The notes under the pieces are model-generated. The model had not been told where the DNA came from. It did not search any database and was given only the letters and a program-made list of their open reading frames with translations. A DNA stretch of 64,000 nucleotides from Spirochaetota bacterium (GTDB taxonomy: Bacteria; Spirochaetota; UBA4802; UBA5550): positions 87,636 through 151,635 of the forward strand of contig DAISJZ010000001.1 in assembly GCA_036821145.1 (NCBI GenBank). Reading direction: 5' to 3'. The position numbers were made by a program, and so were the translations under genes. Shown here one piece after another: positions 9,063-18,611 of this stretch (its first letter is position 1; each line of letters opens with the position of its first letter).

Positions 9063-10105
9063 TGAAAGATGAAAAAACGGAATATTCACTGGAGGATTTT
9101 TATTATGATCTTCCGGACAAATTAATAGCACAAACACCTTCAAATAAGCGTGATTCTTCACGTTTATTTATACTGAACCGCCATGATGGAAGTTTCAGGC
9201 ATTCTGTCTTCAGCAAAATTTCAGAATACCTTCATCCCGGGGATTTACTCGTATTTAATAATGCTAAAGTTATTCACGCAAGAATTTTCTGCAAAAGAGA
9301 AACCGGGGGTAAAATAGAAATTGTACTTGCACAAAAAATTGATGACCTTAACTGGTTTGTTATATGCAACCGTACAAAAAGACTGAAAAACGGAGAAAAG
9401 ATTTATCCTGAAAAAAATTTGAATTTATCTTTCACTGTAACCGGAAGAGAAAATGAATACCTGATTATTAATACTTCAGCTCCTCTAACGGATGATATTT
9501 TAAAAACAATTGGAGAAGTCCCTTTACCACCATACATTAAAAGAGAGAGTACATTGTCTGATGCTGAAAGATATCAGACTGTATATGCTTCGATAAGCGG
9601 TGCAGTTGCTGCACCTACCGCAGGGCTGCATTTTACAGAACAGATAATAAATGAATTAAAAAATAAAGAGATTCAGACTGCCTACACAACATTGTTTGTT
9701 TCATGGGGCACATTCAGCCCGGTAAGGGATAATGACCTCCATAAGCACAAGATGCATAGTGAAAACTATATGCTTGATTCTGGTACAGCTCAGACAATCA
9801 ATAAAGCCAGAACTGAAGGACGCAGGATAATTGCTGTTGGAACAACATCTCTTCGTGTTCTTGAAAGCACATTCCATAATGGTTTAAATCATCCCGGTTC
9901 AGGCAGCACGAATATCTTCATTTATCCGCCATACAGCGTAAAATCAATAAATGCTCTTATAACAAATCTGCATACCCCGTACTCAACACTTCTCATGCTT
10001 GTTTCTGCTTTTGCCGGATATGATCTTATTATGAAAGCATATCATGAAGCGGTGATGATGGAATACAGGTTTTTCTCTTACGGTGATGCGATGTTTATTC
10101 TATGA
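9062..10105 (+). CDS. queA: S-adenosylmethionine:tRNA ribosyltransferase-isomerase
   Basis: LIAQTP, LVFNNAKVI, PLPPYIKR, YQTVYA, AAPTAGLHFT, YRFFSYGDAM. Confidence 0.97.
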   Translation: MKDEKTEYSLEDFYYDLPDKLIAQTPSNKRDSSRLFILNRHDGSFRHSVFSKISEYLHPGDLLVFNNAKVIHARIFCKRETGGKIEIVLAQKIDDLNWFVICNRTKRLKNGEKIYPEKNLNLSFTVTGRENEYLIINTSAPLTDDILKTIGEVPLPPYIKRESTLSDAERYQTVYASISGAVAAPTAGLHFTEQIINELKNKEIQTAYTTLFVSWGTFSPVRDNDLHKHKMHSENYMLDSGTAQTINKARTEGRRIIAVGTTSLRVLESTFHNGLNHPGSGSTNIFIYPPYSVKSINALITNLHTPYSTLLMLVSAFAGYDLIMKAYHEAVMMEYRFFSYGDAMFIL

Positions 10106-10122
10106 AGGAGGAAAATATATAA

Positions 10123-10920
10123 ATGGAAATTAAGGATATATTAAAAAATCTCGAAGAACGTTTTCCTTCATGGATACAAGAGGAATATGACAATACCGGG
10201 CCACAGGTTATTTTCCATGATGAAGAAGTAAAAAATATTTATATCTGTCTTGATGCTGAAGAAAAAACAATAGATGATGCGTTGAAAAATAATTGTAACT
10301 TAATAATATCACATCATCCGATGATATTCAGATCCTTAAAAAGTATTAACAATTACGATTCAAGATCAAAGGCAATTATAAAACTTATTGATGAAAGAAT
10401 TTCTTTATTCTCTTTACATACTAATTTTGATAAAATAATGTTTTCGTATCTCTCTGAGTCCGCAGGATTTCCCGGAGGAGAACTATTGTTAAAAAAAGGT
10501 CTACTCGATGGAAAAGAAATCGGATATGGAACATTAGTTAAACTCAATACGACTTTATCTTCTCAAGAAGTGATAAGCAGAATTAAAGAAAAACTGAATC
10601 TTGATTATCTTATATATTCAGGTGATATTTCACAAAATATAGATTCAATTGCATTTATAAATGGGGCAGGTGGAAGTTCAATCGAAAAGGTAATAAGCTT
10701 AACAAATCCTGACTGCATAGTTACCGGTGATGTTGGATATCATAGTGCAAAATATGCTATAGATAATAACGTATTTATAATCGATGCAGGTCATTTCGGG
10801 ACCGAAAATATTTTTAAAAAGTTGCTTGCTGAAAGTGTTATTGATATTATCACTGTAGGTGATATTAAAAGTGAAATAATTGTATCAGAAATTGAAAAAA
10901 ATCCGTTTAAAGTTTACTGA
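10123..10920 (+). CDS. Nif3-like dinuclear metal center protein
   Basis: YDNTG, ISHHPMIF, LHTNFD, TGDVGYH, DAGHFGTE metal ligands. Confidence 0.92.
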   Translation: MEIKDILKNLEERFPSWIQEEYDNTGPQVIFHDEEVKNIYICLDAEEKTIDDALKNNCNLIISHHPMIFRSLKSINNYDSRSKAIIKLIDERISLFSLHTNFDKIMFSYLSESAGFPGGELLLKKGLLDGKEIGYGTLVKLNTTLSSQEVISRIKEKLNLDYLIYSGDISQNIDSIAFINGAGGSSIEKVISLTNPDCIVTGDVGYHSAKYAIDNNVFIIDAGHFGTENIFKKLLAESVIDIITVGDIKSEIIVSEIEKNPFKVY

Positions 10921-10922
10921 AA

Positions 10923-11618
10923 ATGAATAATGAAATTAATACCATGATCGAACTCCAGCACTACTGGGATATAGTAATGCAGAAGGAATCTGAAATTGAA
11001 AGATATAAAAAATCCATTCAGTTGTGGGAAAAACGACTTATTGATTTGAAAAACATGCTCAACAAAAAAGATTTGTCATTCAAAAACTTAACACTTGAAT
11101 CCAGGCAATCAGAACTTAAACTTGAAGAAATTGATGCAAAAATTATAAAAATTGAAGAAAGAAAAAATATAATCAAATCCGAACGGGAACTTGAAGCGCA
11201 AAATAATGAATTGAAATTATTAAAAGATGAAAAAGATTCTATTGAAAGTATCGTGCTTGATCTGATGGATAAAATCGAAAAATTAGAAACTGAAATTAAA
11301 GAATTAAGGATTGATTTAGAAACAACCATACTACAGACAGATTCAGATATAAACTCTCTCAAATTAAAAATTGAAAATTGTCAAATTGAAGTTGAGAAAA
11401 ATAAAGTAAAATTTAATGAACTTTTAAATAATCTTTCTCCATCAATAAAAGTAAGATTTTCAAAACTTATTAATTCAAAAGATGGAATTGCAATAGCAAA
11501 GCTTAATGGAGAAATATGCAGCCGTTGTAATTTTCAGATTCCATCTGCATTAGCTGTTTCAACCCTGAAAAGAGAGTCTCTTAATACATGTACAAATTGC
11601 GGAAGATTTATTTATTGA
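10923..11618 (+). CDS. Coiled-coil C4 zinc-ribbon domain protein
   Basis: Long coiled coil followed by CSRC...CTNCGRFI; this family is typically found next to Nif3. Confidence 0.88.
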   Translation: MNNEINTMIELQHYWDIVMQKESEIERYKKSIQLWEKRLIDLKNMLNKKDLSFKNLTLESRQSELKLEEIDAKIIKIEERKNIIKSERELEAQNNELKLLKDEKDSIESIVLDLMDKIEKLETEIKELRIDLETTILQTDSDINSLKLKIENCQIEVEKNKVKFNELLNNLSPSIKVRFSKLINSKDGIAIAKLNGEICSRCNFQIPSALAVSTLKRESLNTCTNCGRFIY

Positions 11619-11639
11619 AATGAAATAGAGAGGATATGA

Positions 11640-12311
11640 ATGCTTCTTAGCATAGATCGATTACTTCAACTTGTTTCCGAAGGGAAAAGCCTTGAAAAAA
11701 TAGCTGAACTCGCTGACTGCGAAGTCTCCGATGTTACAAGCCTTATCAATGAAGCCAGGGAACTTCTTTCAAGGCACGAAAAAGCTTTATCAAAAAGAAA
11801 AATAATTATAAAAAAGAAAAAAGAGAACAAATCATCTACACAAAATTATGATGATTCATATATAAGAGAGATTCTTAATGGAGCTGAACTTTCAGCTATA
11901 CCTGTAAATACTCCAATAGTTTTATATATCGCAGGAGAATCAGAATCTGATCCCGCTCATGCAGGTATCGGAATTGTAATCTTTGATCAACAGAATAGAC
12001 AAATTGGCAAAGTTTCTGATTACGTGGGGATGCGCACAAAACTTGCTGCTGAATATGTTGCACTCATAAGAGCTATAAAGCTTGCACTATATTTTCAGGC
12101 AAGTGAAGTAAAAATCAGGACAGATTCTGAACTTATTATCAGGCAATATAGCGGTAAAACTAAAGATATAAATATTGATTTCAGAAAATTTATTGATGAA
12201 ATAAATTCACTTAAAACAAAAATTCCTAATTTCAAACTTGAACAGATCACAAGAAGCCAGAATGATAAAGCTGAGTTCCTTGCCAGAAAAGGCTCAGAAA
12301 AATCCAAGTAA
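11640..12311 (+). CDS. RNase HI-like protein with N-terminal extension, first catalytic Asp replaced
   Basis: AGIGIV, AAEYVAL, IRTDSELI, RSQNDKAEFLA match the RNase HI fold; YIAG replaces Y(T/F)DG. Confidence 0.8.
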   Translation: MLLSIDRLLQLVSEGKSLEKIAELADCEVSDVTSLINEARELLSRHEKALSKRKIIIKKKKENKSSTQNYDDSYIREILNGAELSAIPVNTPIVLYIAGESESDPAHAGIGIVIFDQQNRQIGKVSDYVGMRTKLAAEYVALIRAIKLALYFQASEVKIRTDSELIIRQYSGKTKDINIDFRKFIDEINSLKTKIPNFKLEQITRSQNDKAEFLARKGSEKSK

Positions 12312-12314
12312 TCA

Positions 12315-14378
12315 ATGAAAAGTAACTGGCTTGTAAGCGATCCCCCTGATGATGCAACCTGTAAATTTTTTGAAAGTTCCGGTATTGATAAAATAATCGG
12401 CTCAATACTTTATTCCCGGGGCATAACCGGAAAAGAAGAATTAATCGCCTTTCTCCAGCCTGAATTAAACAATTTTCACAGTCCATTCCTCATGAATGGA
12501 ATACCGGAAGCTGTTGCAAGGATCCGGAACGCTCTCGATAAAAAAGAAAAGGTAGCAATTTTTGCTGATTCAGATCTCGACGGGATTACATCACTCACAA
12601 TTTTGTACGATCTTCTATCTAAATGCGGAATAACACCTTTTATCAGATACCCCCAAAATAAAGAAGGTTACGGGCTGACATGCGACATAATTGACGAGTT
12701 CACAGCATCAGGTATATCTCTGCTTATTACAGTCGATTCAGGAATACGTGATATTCAGGAAATCAGGTATGCCGCTTCTAAAGGAATCGAAACAATAATA
12801 ACAGATCATCATGAACCGGACGACATTTATCCTGATGCAATAATAATTAATCCTAAAATGCCGGATTGTAAATATCCATATAAAAATCTTGCAGGAGTAG
12901 GGGTTGCATTAAAACTTGCACATGCGTTATTATTCAGTTTCACTGCCGCATATCAGAAAAAATTTATTCTTATAGATTCTTTTAATAATACTATTGTATT
13001 TCATTCAATCATTAATGGTATAATTACTGATCGATTAATAACAAACATTAATGATTGCAATACTTTTATAACAAGCATTTTCTCAAATGAAAATACTATT
13101 ATTTGTACTGATGCTGCATCTGAAATAATAAACAAAGTATTAGATATTAATAATATAAAAACAAAAATTAATACAATCCTTAATATATCCAACACAATCA
13201 CAGGTATGAATTATAAAAATCAGCATGAAATGATGAATGATACTATTAAAAAATTTAAATTGCAAAGAAGTTATTATGATGATGAACAATTATTAATCAA
13301 ACTATTTCTTGAATTACAAATTAGAAGTTCAAAAAAGCTGATTGAACGAATGCAGCTTTATACTGCTTTGGCAGCAGTTGGTACCATCGCAGATATAATG
13401 CCTCTTAATGGAGAGAACAGAAATATCATCAAGTATGGTCTTGAAGTTTTTAAAAATAAAAAAGGCCATAACGGCATTCAAAACTTATTAAATGTTGCAG
13501 AACCTACAGCAAAAAATATAACATGGGACATCGCACCGTTGTTAAATACACCAGGAAGATTTGGCGAAACAGCACTTACTGTTGATTTTTTTCTTAATAC
13601 TGATGCAGAAAAAACAACATTGATTATTAAAGAGATTGAAAAACTCAACAGAGAGAGAAAGAAAATTGTCGCATCAATTACTGAACATATCAAAGAAAAA
13701 ATTGAAGCAGAACCTGAATCCTGCAAATATAAACTTTTTTATTATTTTGGAAATGATATAATCAGTGGTCTTGCAGGATTGATAGCGAGCAGAATTGCAG
13801 ATGAATTAAAAAAACCGGTTATTGTTGCTGTTGAGGAAACGGATGCCGGCATGGTAAAAGGCTCAGGCAGAAGTTATAATGATTTTAACTTTTTTAAGTT
13901 TGTTGAACCTTTGTCAGAGATGTTTGAAAGGATTGGCGGACACGCGCAAGCTTTTGGATTCACAGCGAGAAAGGACAGAATGCCGGAAATTATTGATGCG
14001 ATCAATAATGCTATTGATGACATCTATGAGCCCGATGAGAATATTACGATTGATACATTCATCGATATTAATGAAATAAACTCAACTCTTATTGATAAAT
14101 TATCACAACTTGAACCCTTTGGTAAAAATAACGAAGAACCTGTTTTTATTGCGAAAAATATTGCAATTGAAGCATTTTCTCAATTCGGAAGCAATGGTAA
14201 CCATGGGAAATACATTTTATCAAATGGTCTTCATGTTATAGGCTGGAACATAAGAGATAAAATGCAGCTTTATGCCCAAAAAAAAGCTCATGTAGATATT
14301 ATTTTTAATCTTGAAAATAATATCTACATGAACAGAAAATATCCCAGATTGAAACTTATTGATATTGACTTCAGCTAA
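12315..14378 (+). CDS. recJ: Single-stranded-DNA-specific exonuclease RecJ with internal insertion
   Basis: DSDLDG, ITVDSGI, ITDHH, LAGVGVA, GTIADIMPL.GENR, GSGRS, GGHAQA, LEPFGKNNEEP. Confidence 0.93.
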   Translation: MKSNWLVSDPPDDATCKFFESSGIDKIIGSILYSRGITGKEELIAFLQPELNNFHSPFLMNGIPEAVARIRNALDKKEKVAIFADSDLDGITSLTILYDLLSKCGITPFIRYPQNKEGYGLTCDIIDEFTASGISLLITVDSGIRDIQEIRYAASKGIETIITDHHEPDDIYPDAIIINPKMPDCKYPYKNLAGVGVALKLAHALLFSFTAAYQKKFILIDSFNNTIVFHSIINGIITDRLITNINDCNTFITSIFSNENTIICTDAASEIINKVLDINNIKTKINTILNISNTITGMNYKNQHEMMNDTIKKFKLQRSYYDDEQLLIKLFLELQIRSSKKLIERMQLYTALAAVGTIADIMPLNGENRNIIKYGLEVFKNKKGHNGIQNLLNVAEPTAKNITWDIAPLLNTPGRFGETALTVDFFLNTDAEKTTLIIKEIEKLNRERKKIVASITEHIKEKIEAEPESCKYKLFYYFGNDIISGLAGLIASRIADELKKPVIVAVEETDAGMVKGSGRSYNDFNFFKFVEPLSEMFERIGGHAQAFGFTARKDRMPEIIDAINNAIDDIYEPDENITIDTFIDINEINSTLIDKLSQLEPFGKNNEEPVFIAKNIAIEAFSQFGSNGNHGKYILSNGLHVIGWNIRDKMQLYAQKKAHVDIIFNLENNIYMNRKYPRLKLIDIDFS

Positions 14379-14404
14379 CAATTTTATATAATAAGAAAAA
14401 AAAA

Positions 14405-14432
14405 TTGACTTCTCCGGATTATTTGTTATTAT
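14405..14432 (+). promoter_or_regulatory. Candidate sigma70 promoter for STAS-ispF
   Basis: TTGACT (14405-14410), 16 nt spacer, TATTAT (14427-14432), with TG one base upstream of the -10 (extended -10). Confidence 0.55.
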
Positions 14433-14462
14433 ATTTTTGTTAAATATAAAAGTGGTATAAAA

Positions 14463-14762
14463 ATGGACATTGATATACAGGAAAAAGAAAAATCAGTAAT
14501 GATTAAAGTCGTTGGCGACATCGAAATGATGTCTATAAAAGTTTTCAAACAGAAACTTTTTGAAATCGGCCAGAATACGGATAAAGATATAGAGATAGAC
14601 CTTTCCGATGTTGATTATATTGATTCTTCGGGAGTAGGAGTTCTGATAAGTCTTCTTAAACTTCAGAAGAAAAAAAATAAAGAACTTATTATTGAAAAGG
14701 TCAGTTCCAAAGTTCTGAATGTTCTGAAATTAAGCTCACTTTCTGACGTATTTAATCTCTAA
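14463..14762 (+). CDS. STAS-domain anti-sigma factor antagonist
   Basis: DLSDVDYIDSSGVGVL motif, 99 aa. Confidence 0.92.
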   Translation: MDIDIQEKEKSVMIKVVGDIEMMSIKVFKQKLFEIGQNTDKDIEIDLSDVDYIDSSGVGVLISLLKLQKKKNKELIIEKVSSKVLNVLKLSSLSDVFNL

Positions 14763-14763
14763 T

Positions 14764-15252
14764 ATGACTGACTTAAGAATAGGGAACGGATTTGATGTTC
14801 ATGCATTTGAACAGGGTAGAGATCTGATTATTGGCGGCGTAAAGATACCTCACCCTGAAGGTCTTGCGGGACATTCAGATGCGGATGTACTTACGCATGC
14901 AATAATTGATTCGTTATTAAGTCCGTCAAATCTTGGCGATATTGGCAAACTCTTCCCGGATACAGATCCTGCTTATAAGAATATCAGCAGTATTATACTT
15001 CTCGAAAAAGTATATGAAAAATTTACAGATGCAGGTTACAGAATTATCAATATAGATTCAGTTATTATATGTGATACACCAAAAATAGCTCCATACACAC
15101 AATTGATGAAGCAAGCATTATCTAAAGCAATGAAAAATGAAGTCCAACCTGAAGCAATCGGAATAAAAGGTAAAACTACCGAAAAACTCGGCTTTACAGG
15201 CAGGGGTGAAGGGATAGCAGTTTACACAGTTTCTTTAATCAGCAGGAAATAA
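14764..15252 (+). CDS. ispF: 2-C-methyl-D-erythritol 2,4-cyclodiphosphate synthase
   Basis: RIGNGFDVH, GHSDAD, GDIGKLFPD, KTTEKLGFTGRGEG. Confidence 0.97.
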   Translation: MTDLRIGNGFDVHAFEQGRDLIIGGVKIPHPEGLAGHSDADVLTHAIIDSLLSPSNLGDIGKLFPDTDPAYKNISSIILLEKVYEKFTDAGYRIINIDSVIICDTPKIAPYTQLMKQALSKAMKNEVQPEAIGIKGKTTEKLGFTGRGEGIAVYTVSLISRK

Positions 15253-15328
15253 CAGTATTTTTGTAAAGACCAACTGTTTATATATTAATTTTCTAATGAG
15301 ACATAATATATCTTATCGGAAGTTATTG

Positions 15329-15766
15329 TTATATTAACTCCATATCCTCTTTTTCTTTCATTACAAGATATTCATATTCATCATGATGCATCTGCAGTTC
15401 AAAATCAGAAACATTATCAGAACTTATTACAAAAAGCCAGCCTTCACCATACGGATCAGTATTCAATAAACCCGGTGTATCCATACTGTTCTGATTAATT
15501 TCTACAACAATCCCGGGGATCGGCGACTTTATAGTTATAAAGGTATTTAAAGATTCAATAGAAAGTATCGGGTCATTTGAATTTACTTCCATATTCAAAA
15601 TATTCCGGATAAAATTAATTTCAATTATCTCTCCTGCTGTTTCACAAAGAAATTCAGTAAGACCGCATTTTATAAATCCGTCTTCAGAATACTCCATCCA
15701 TACATGATCATCATTATATCTGAAGTTCTCAGGTACATTAATTTTATATTGTGATGAATCATTCAT
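15329..15766 (-). CDS. Glycine cleavage H-protein-like protein lacking the lipoyl lysine
   Basis: FRYNDDHVW, GLTEF, SPIPGIVVEIN, LNTDPYGEGWL match GcvH; ESLNT replaces ESVKA. Confidence 0.8.
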   Translation of the reverse strand: MNDSSQYKINVPENFRYNDDHVWMEYSEDGFIKCGLTEFLCETAGEIIEINFIRNILNMEVNSNDPILSIESLNTFITIKSPIPGIVVEINQNSMDTPGLLNTDPYGEGWLFVISSDNVSDFELQMHHDEYEYLVMKEKEDMELI

Positions 15767-15785
15767 TGAGTTAATAATTAAACGG

Positions 15786-18611
15786 TTATTTGACAGGGAT
15801 TATTTCGAGAAGATTTTCTGCCTGATTCCTGAAACGGCCTTTATCATTCTCAGCAATAAGTTCATTTAATAACTGGATAGATGCTTTGTGATTTCTCAAT
15901 TCATTATATATTATTGCCAATTCTATTTTACTTTTTTGAACAAATTCATTTTTCTGATTTTTCTCAGTCAATACTTTCTGATAATACTTTAATGAACTGC
16001 TTTTATTATTATAATAAAGAAGAGTCAGTTTACCAAGGTAATAATTTGTTTCTGTACTGTATTCATTATTACTGTTTACTAATTTATAAAAACTAAGGTA
16101 TGATTGTTTATACGCACCTATTTCGAAAGATAATTTCCCTGAAAGATAATTTATATAATCAAGATTATCTTTATATACCCTTAGATATTTTACATAGGAA
16201 TTAAACGAACTGAGATTTTTCTGTTTATAATGATAAACAACATTAAGTAGAAGCACCTTCTCGGTAAATCTGTTATCTAATATAAATTTTAATCTCGAAT
16301 CAGTTATTTCTGCTCCCCTTTTCTCTTTCCCGCTGTAAAATTGATTTATAATTATTAAGCAGTCCCGTTCTGCAATATTTTCTTTTAATTCAACCTGATT
16401 AAGCAAGTTTATTGATAATTCATAATTACCTTCTTTGATAAATATTTCAGATAATGATATTCTTGCTTTTTCTTTAACCGGTTCTTCAGCACCAGAAACC
16501 AATATCAGGTTGTAGATATTTTTAGCTTCATCATAATTGCTGTTCTGCTCGTAATAAACAGCGAGGAGAAGCTGCATTTCCCGATGAAGGCTTTCTTTAT
16601 CACTAAGTTGTTCAATCATACCTGTTGCAGTCCGGATATCTCCTGCTCTTATTGTACTGTCAACAAGCATCCTGATATCTTCATTTGAATAATGTAAAAA
16701 TTTTTCCCACTTTAAAAGATTATATACCTGCTCATAATTTTTGAGGTTATAATAACTTCTGGCCTGCAATAGAGGTATCTCTTTCCATTGTTCTTCATCA
16801 AGAACGGGTATTTTTATACTACTGATTATTTCAATTACCCTGTTATATTTTTTCAAACGATAATTAGACTGCAAAAGATTATAAAATGCCAATCCTCTGC
16901 TTTCAGCAGCATTACTATTTAAGTATTTTTCATAGTTCAATATAGCTTTCTCATAATTCCCTGAAGAAAAGAAACTGTTGCCGTACAATAGGTTAATCAT
17001 TGAAGAATAAACTGAATCGGGATATCTGTTTTGAAGAAGATTAAAATAATTCTGTGCTGATTTAATCTTATTTTCATACAGATTTTTGGCGAGGGTAAAT
17101 AAAACGCGATCAACATTTGTATACTTTGTATAAGTATTAACAAGTATTACAACTTCCCTCTCCGCCTTTTTTAATTCACCGGAAGATATATATATATCAG
17201 CAAGAAGATAATGGGCATCGAATAGTTTGTTCACACCTTTTTTGGCAGTATACTGAATCAGGTAATCAATTGCTTCATTGGTTTTACCTTTTTTATAACT
17301 GACCAGCGCCATGTAATAATCAGTATCGTTTATAAACTTTGAAAATGGATTATCTTTTTTAATATTATTAAATATACTGAGCGCATTATCAAGTTCTCCT
17401 CTTTGAAGCAGAACAATTCCTTTTGAAAAATTAATTTCATCTATATTCTGATCGTAAGGATATTTTTCTGAAAACATATTGATCATAGATTCAGCATTAT
17501 CGTATTGTTCTGTTTTAATATAAGCCCTGACTAGCATCAGTAGTATTTTTTTATTATACTCATCATCTGGGTATTTAATATATTTTTTAATATAGTTAAT
17601 TGCCTTATCAGGATTATTATCAGTATAATACTCAGCAATAAGTATCGCACTTTTTAAAGACATCTCACTATCAGATGACGTATCCCAAATATCATGAAGA
17701 ATCTCAATCCCGGATTCTGTCTTCCCGCTGGAAAGCATTATTCTACCTAATTCGAACATACCCTGGGTATAAAACTCAGACTTTTTCCCAATAACCTGGA
17801 ATAATTCAAGTTCTGATCTCGCAGAGGCTGTTCGTTCAAGGCTCAGATAAGAAAGAGCTCTGAAATAATACACATCATAAAATGGATACATTTCGGTAAG
17901 TTCTTTAGGTATTGCATTTAAAGAAGTCATTGCTTTTTTGTGATCATCAAGTAATTGATAAAGACGGCCCACAAGAAGTCTAATTTCAGCTTTATTATGT
18001 GAATTTATCCTTGCACTCAGTAAAGGTAAAAGTCTTTCAAGGGATTTTTCATACTGTCCGTTTTTAAACAGAGCTCTTCCAATTTTAATAACTATACGGG
18101 CATTCTGATCCATATCTGCACTGTTTTTGATAGATTGCTCCCATTCTATTACCGCTTCATCATACCTCTGCTGGTTAAAATATATTGTAGCAATCCTGTC
18201 TCTTGCAATCATTATCAATGCAGGATCATCACTTTTTTCAAGGTACCTGTTATATTCTTCTATTGATTTTAAAATATCATTAAGAAAAAAATACGATTCA
18301 GCCATCCAGAACCTTGATTCTATCCTCAGGTTTTCAGTCCGGCATTTTGTCAAAAAGCTGTTAAATTCAAATATTGCCGCTTTATATTTCCCCTGTTGAT
18401 AGATTGTCCTTGCTAAATAAAACCAGGCTCTATCCCTGTAATCATCATTGTTTTCAAGAGTCTTTCTGAAAAGAAGTTCAGCTGACGAAAAATTAGAGGC
18501 TTTGAAGGCTTCAATCCCCTGATTATATATTACTTTTGATTCAAATGCAGCGTGAAGCTGCAATATACTGAATAAAATTAAAACTATAATCAAAACAATT
18601 GGTTTTCTCAT
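15786..18611 (-). CDS. Large exported tetratricopeptide repeat protein (941 aa)
   Basis: Signal peptide and many TPR/YbgF-like helical repeats (AWFYLARTIYQQGKYKAA, SRFWMAESYF, AHYLLADIY). Confidence 0.82.
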   Translation of the reverse strand: MRKPIVLIIVLILFSILQLHAAFESKVIYNQGIEAFKASNFSSAELLFRKTLENNDDYRDRAWFYLARTIYQQGKYKAAIFEFNSFLTKCRTENLRIESRFWMAESYFFLNDILKSIEEYNRYLEKSDDPALIMIARDRIATIYFNQQRYDEAVIEWEQSIKNSADMDQNARIVIKIGRALFKNGQYEKSLERLLPLLSARINSHNKAEIRLLVGRLYQLLDDHKKAMTSLNAIPKELTEMYPFYDVYYFRALSYLSLERTASARSELELFQVIGKKSEFYTQGMFELGRIMLSSGKTESGIEILHDIWDTSSDSEMSLKSAILIAEYYTDNNPDKAINYIKKYIKYPDDEYNKKILLMLVRAYIKTEQYDNAESMINMFSEKYPYDQNIDEINFSKGIVLLQRGELDNALSIFNNIKKDNPFSKFINDTDYYMALVSYKKGKTNEAIDYLIQYTAKKGVNKLFDAHYLLADIYISSGELKKAEREVVILVNTYTKYTNVDRVLFTLAKNLYENKIKSAQNYFNLLQNRYPDSVYSSMINLLYGNSFFSSGNYEKAILNYEKYLNSNAAESRGLAFYNLLQSNYRLKKYNRVIEIISSIKIPVLDEEQWKEIPLLQARSYYNLKNYEQVYNLLKWEKFLHYSNEDIRMLVDSTIRAGDIRTATGMIEQLSDKESLHREMQLLLAVYYEQNSNYDEAKNIYNLILVSGAEEPVKEKARISLSEIFIKEGNYELSINLLNQVELKENIAERDCLIIINQFYSGKEKRGAEITDSRLKFILDNRFTEKVLLLNVVYHYKQKNLSSFNSYVKYLRVYKDNLDYINYLSGKLSFEIGAYKQSYLSFYKLVNSNNEYSTETNYYLGKLTLLYYNNKSSSLKYYQKVLTEKNQKNEFVQKSKIELAIIYNELRNHKASIQLLNELIAENDKGRFRNQAENLLEIIPVK

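Noticed and set aside
12930-13350. Intein or group I/II intron in recJ
   Set aside because: No N-terminal Cys/Ser or C-terminal His-Asn splice motifs, no LAGLIDADG; in-frame and better explained as a domain insert.
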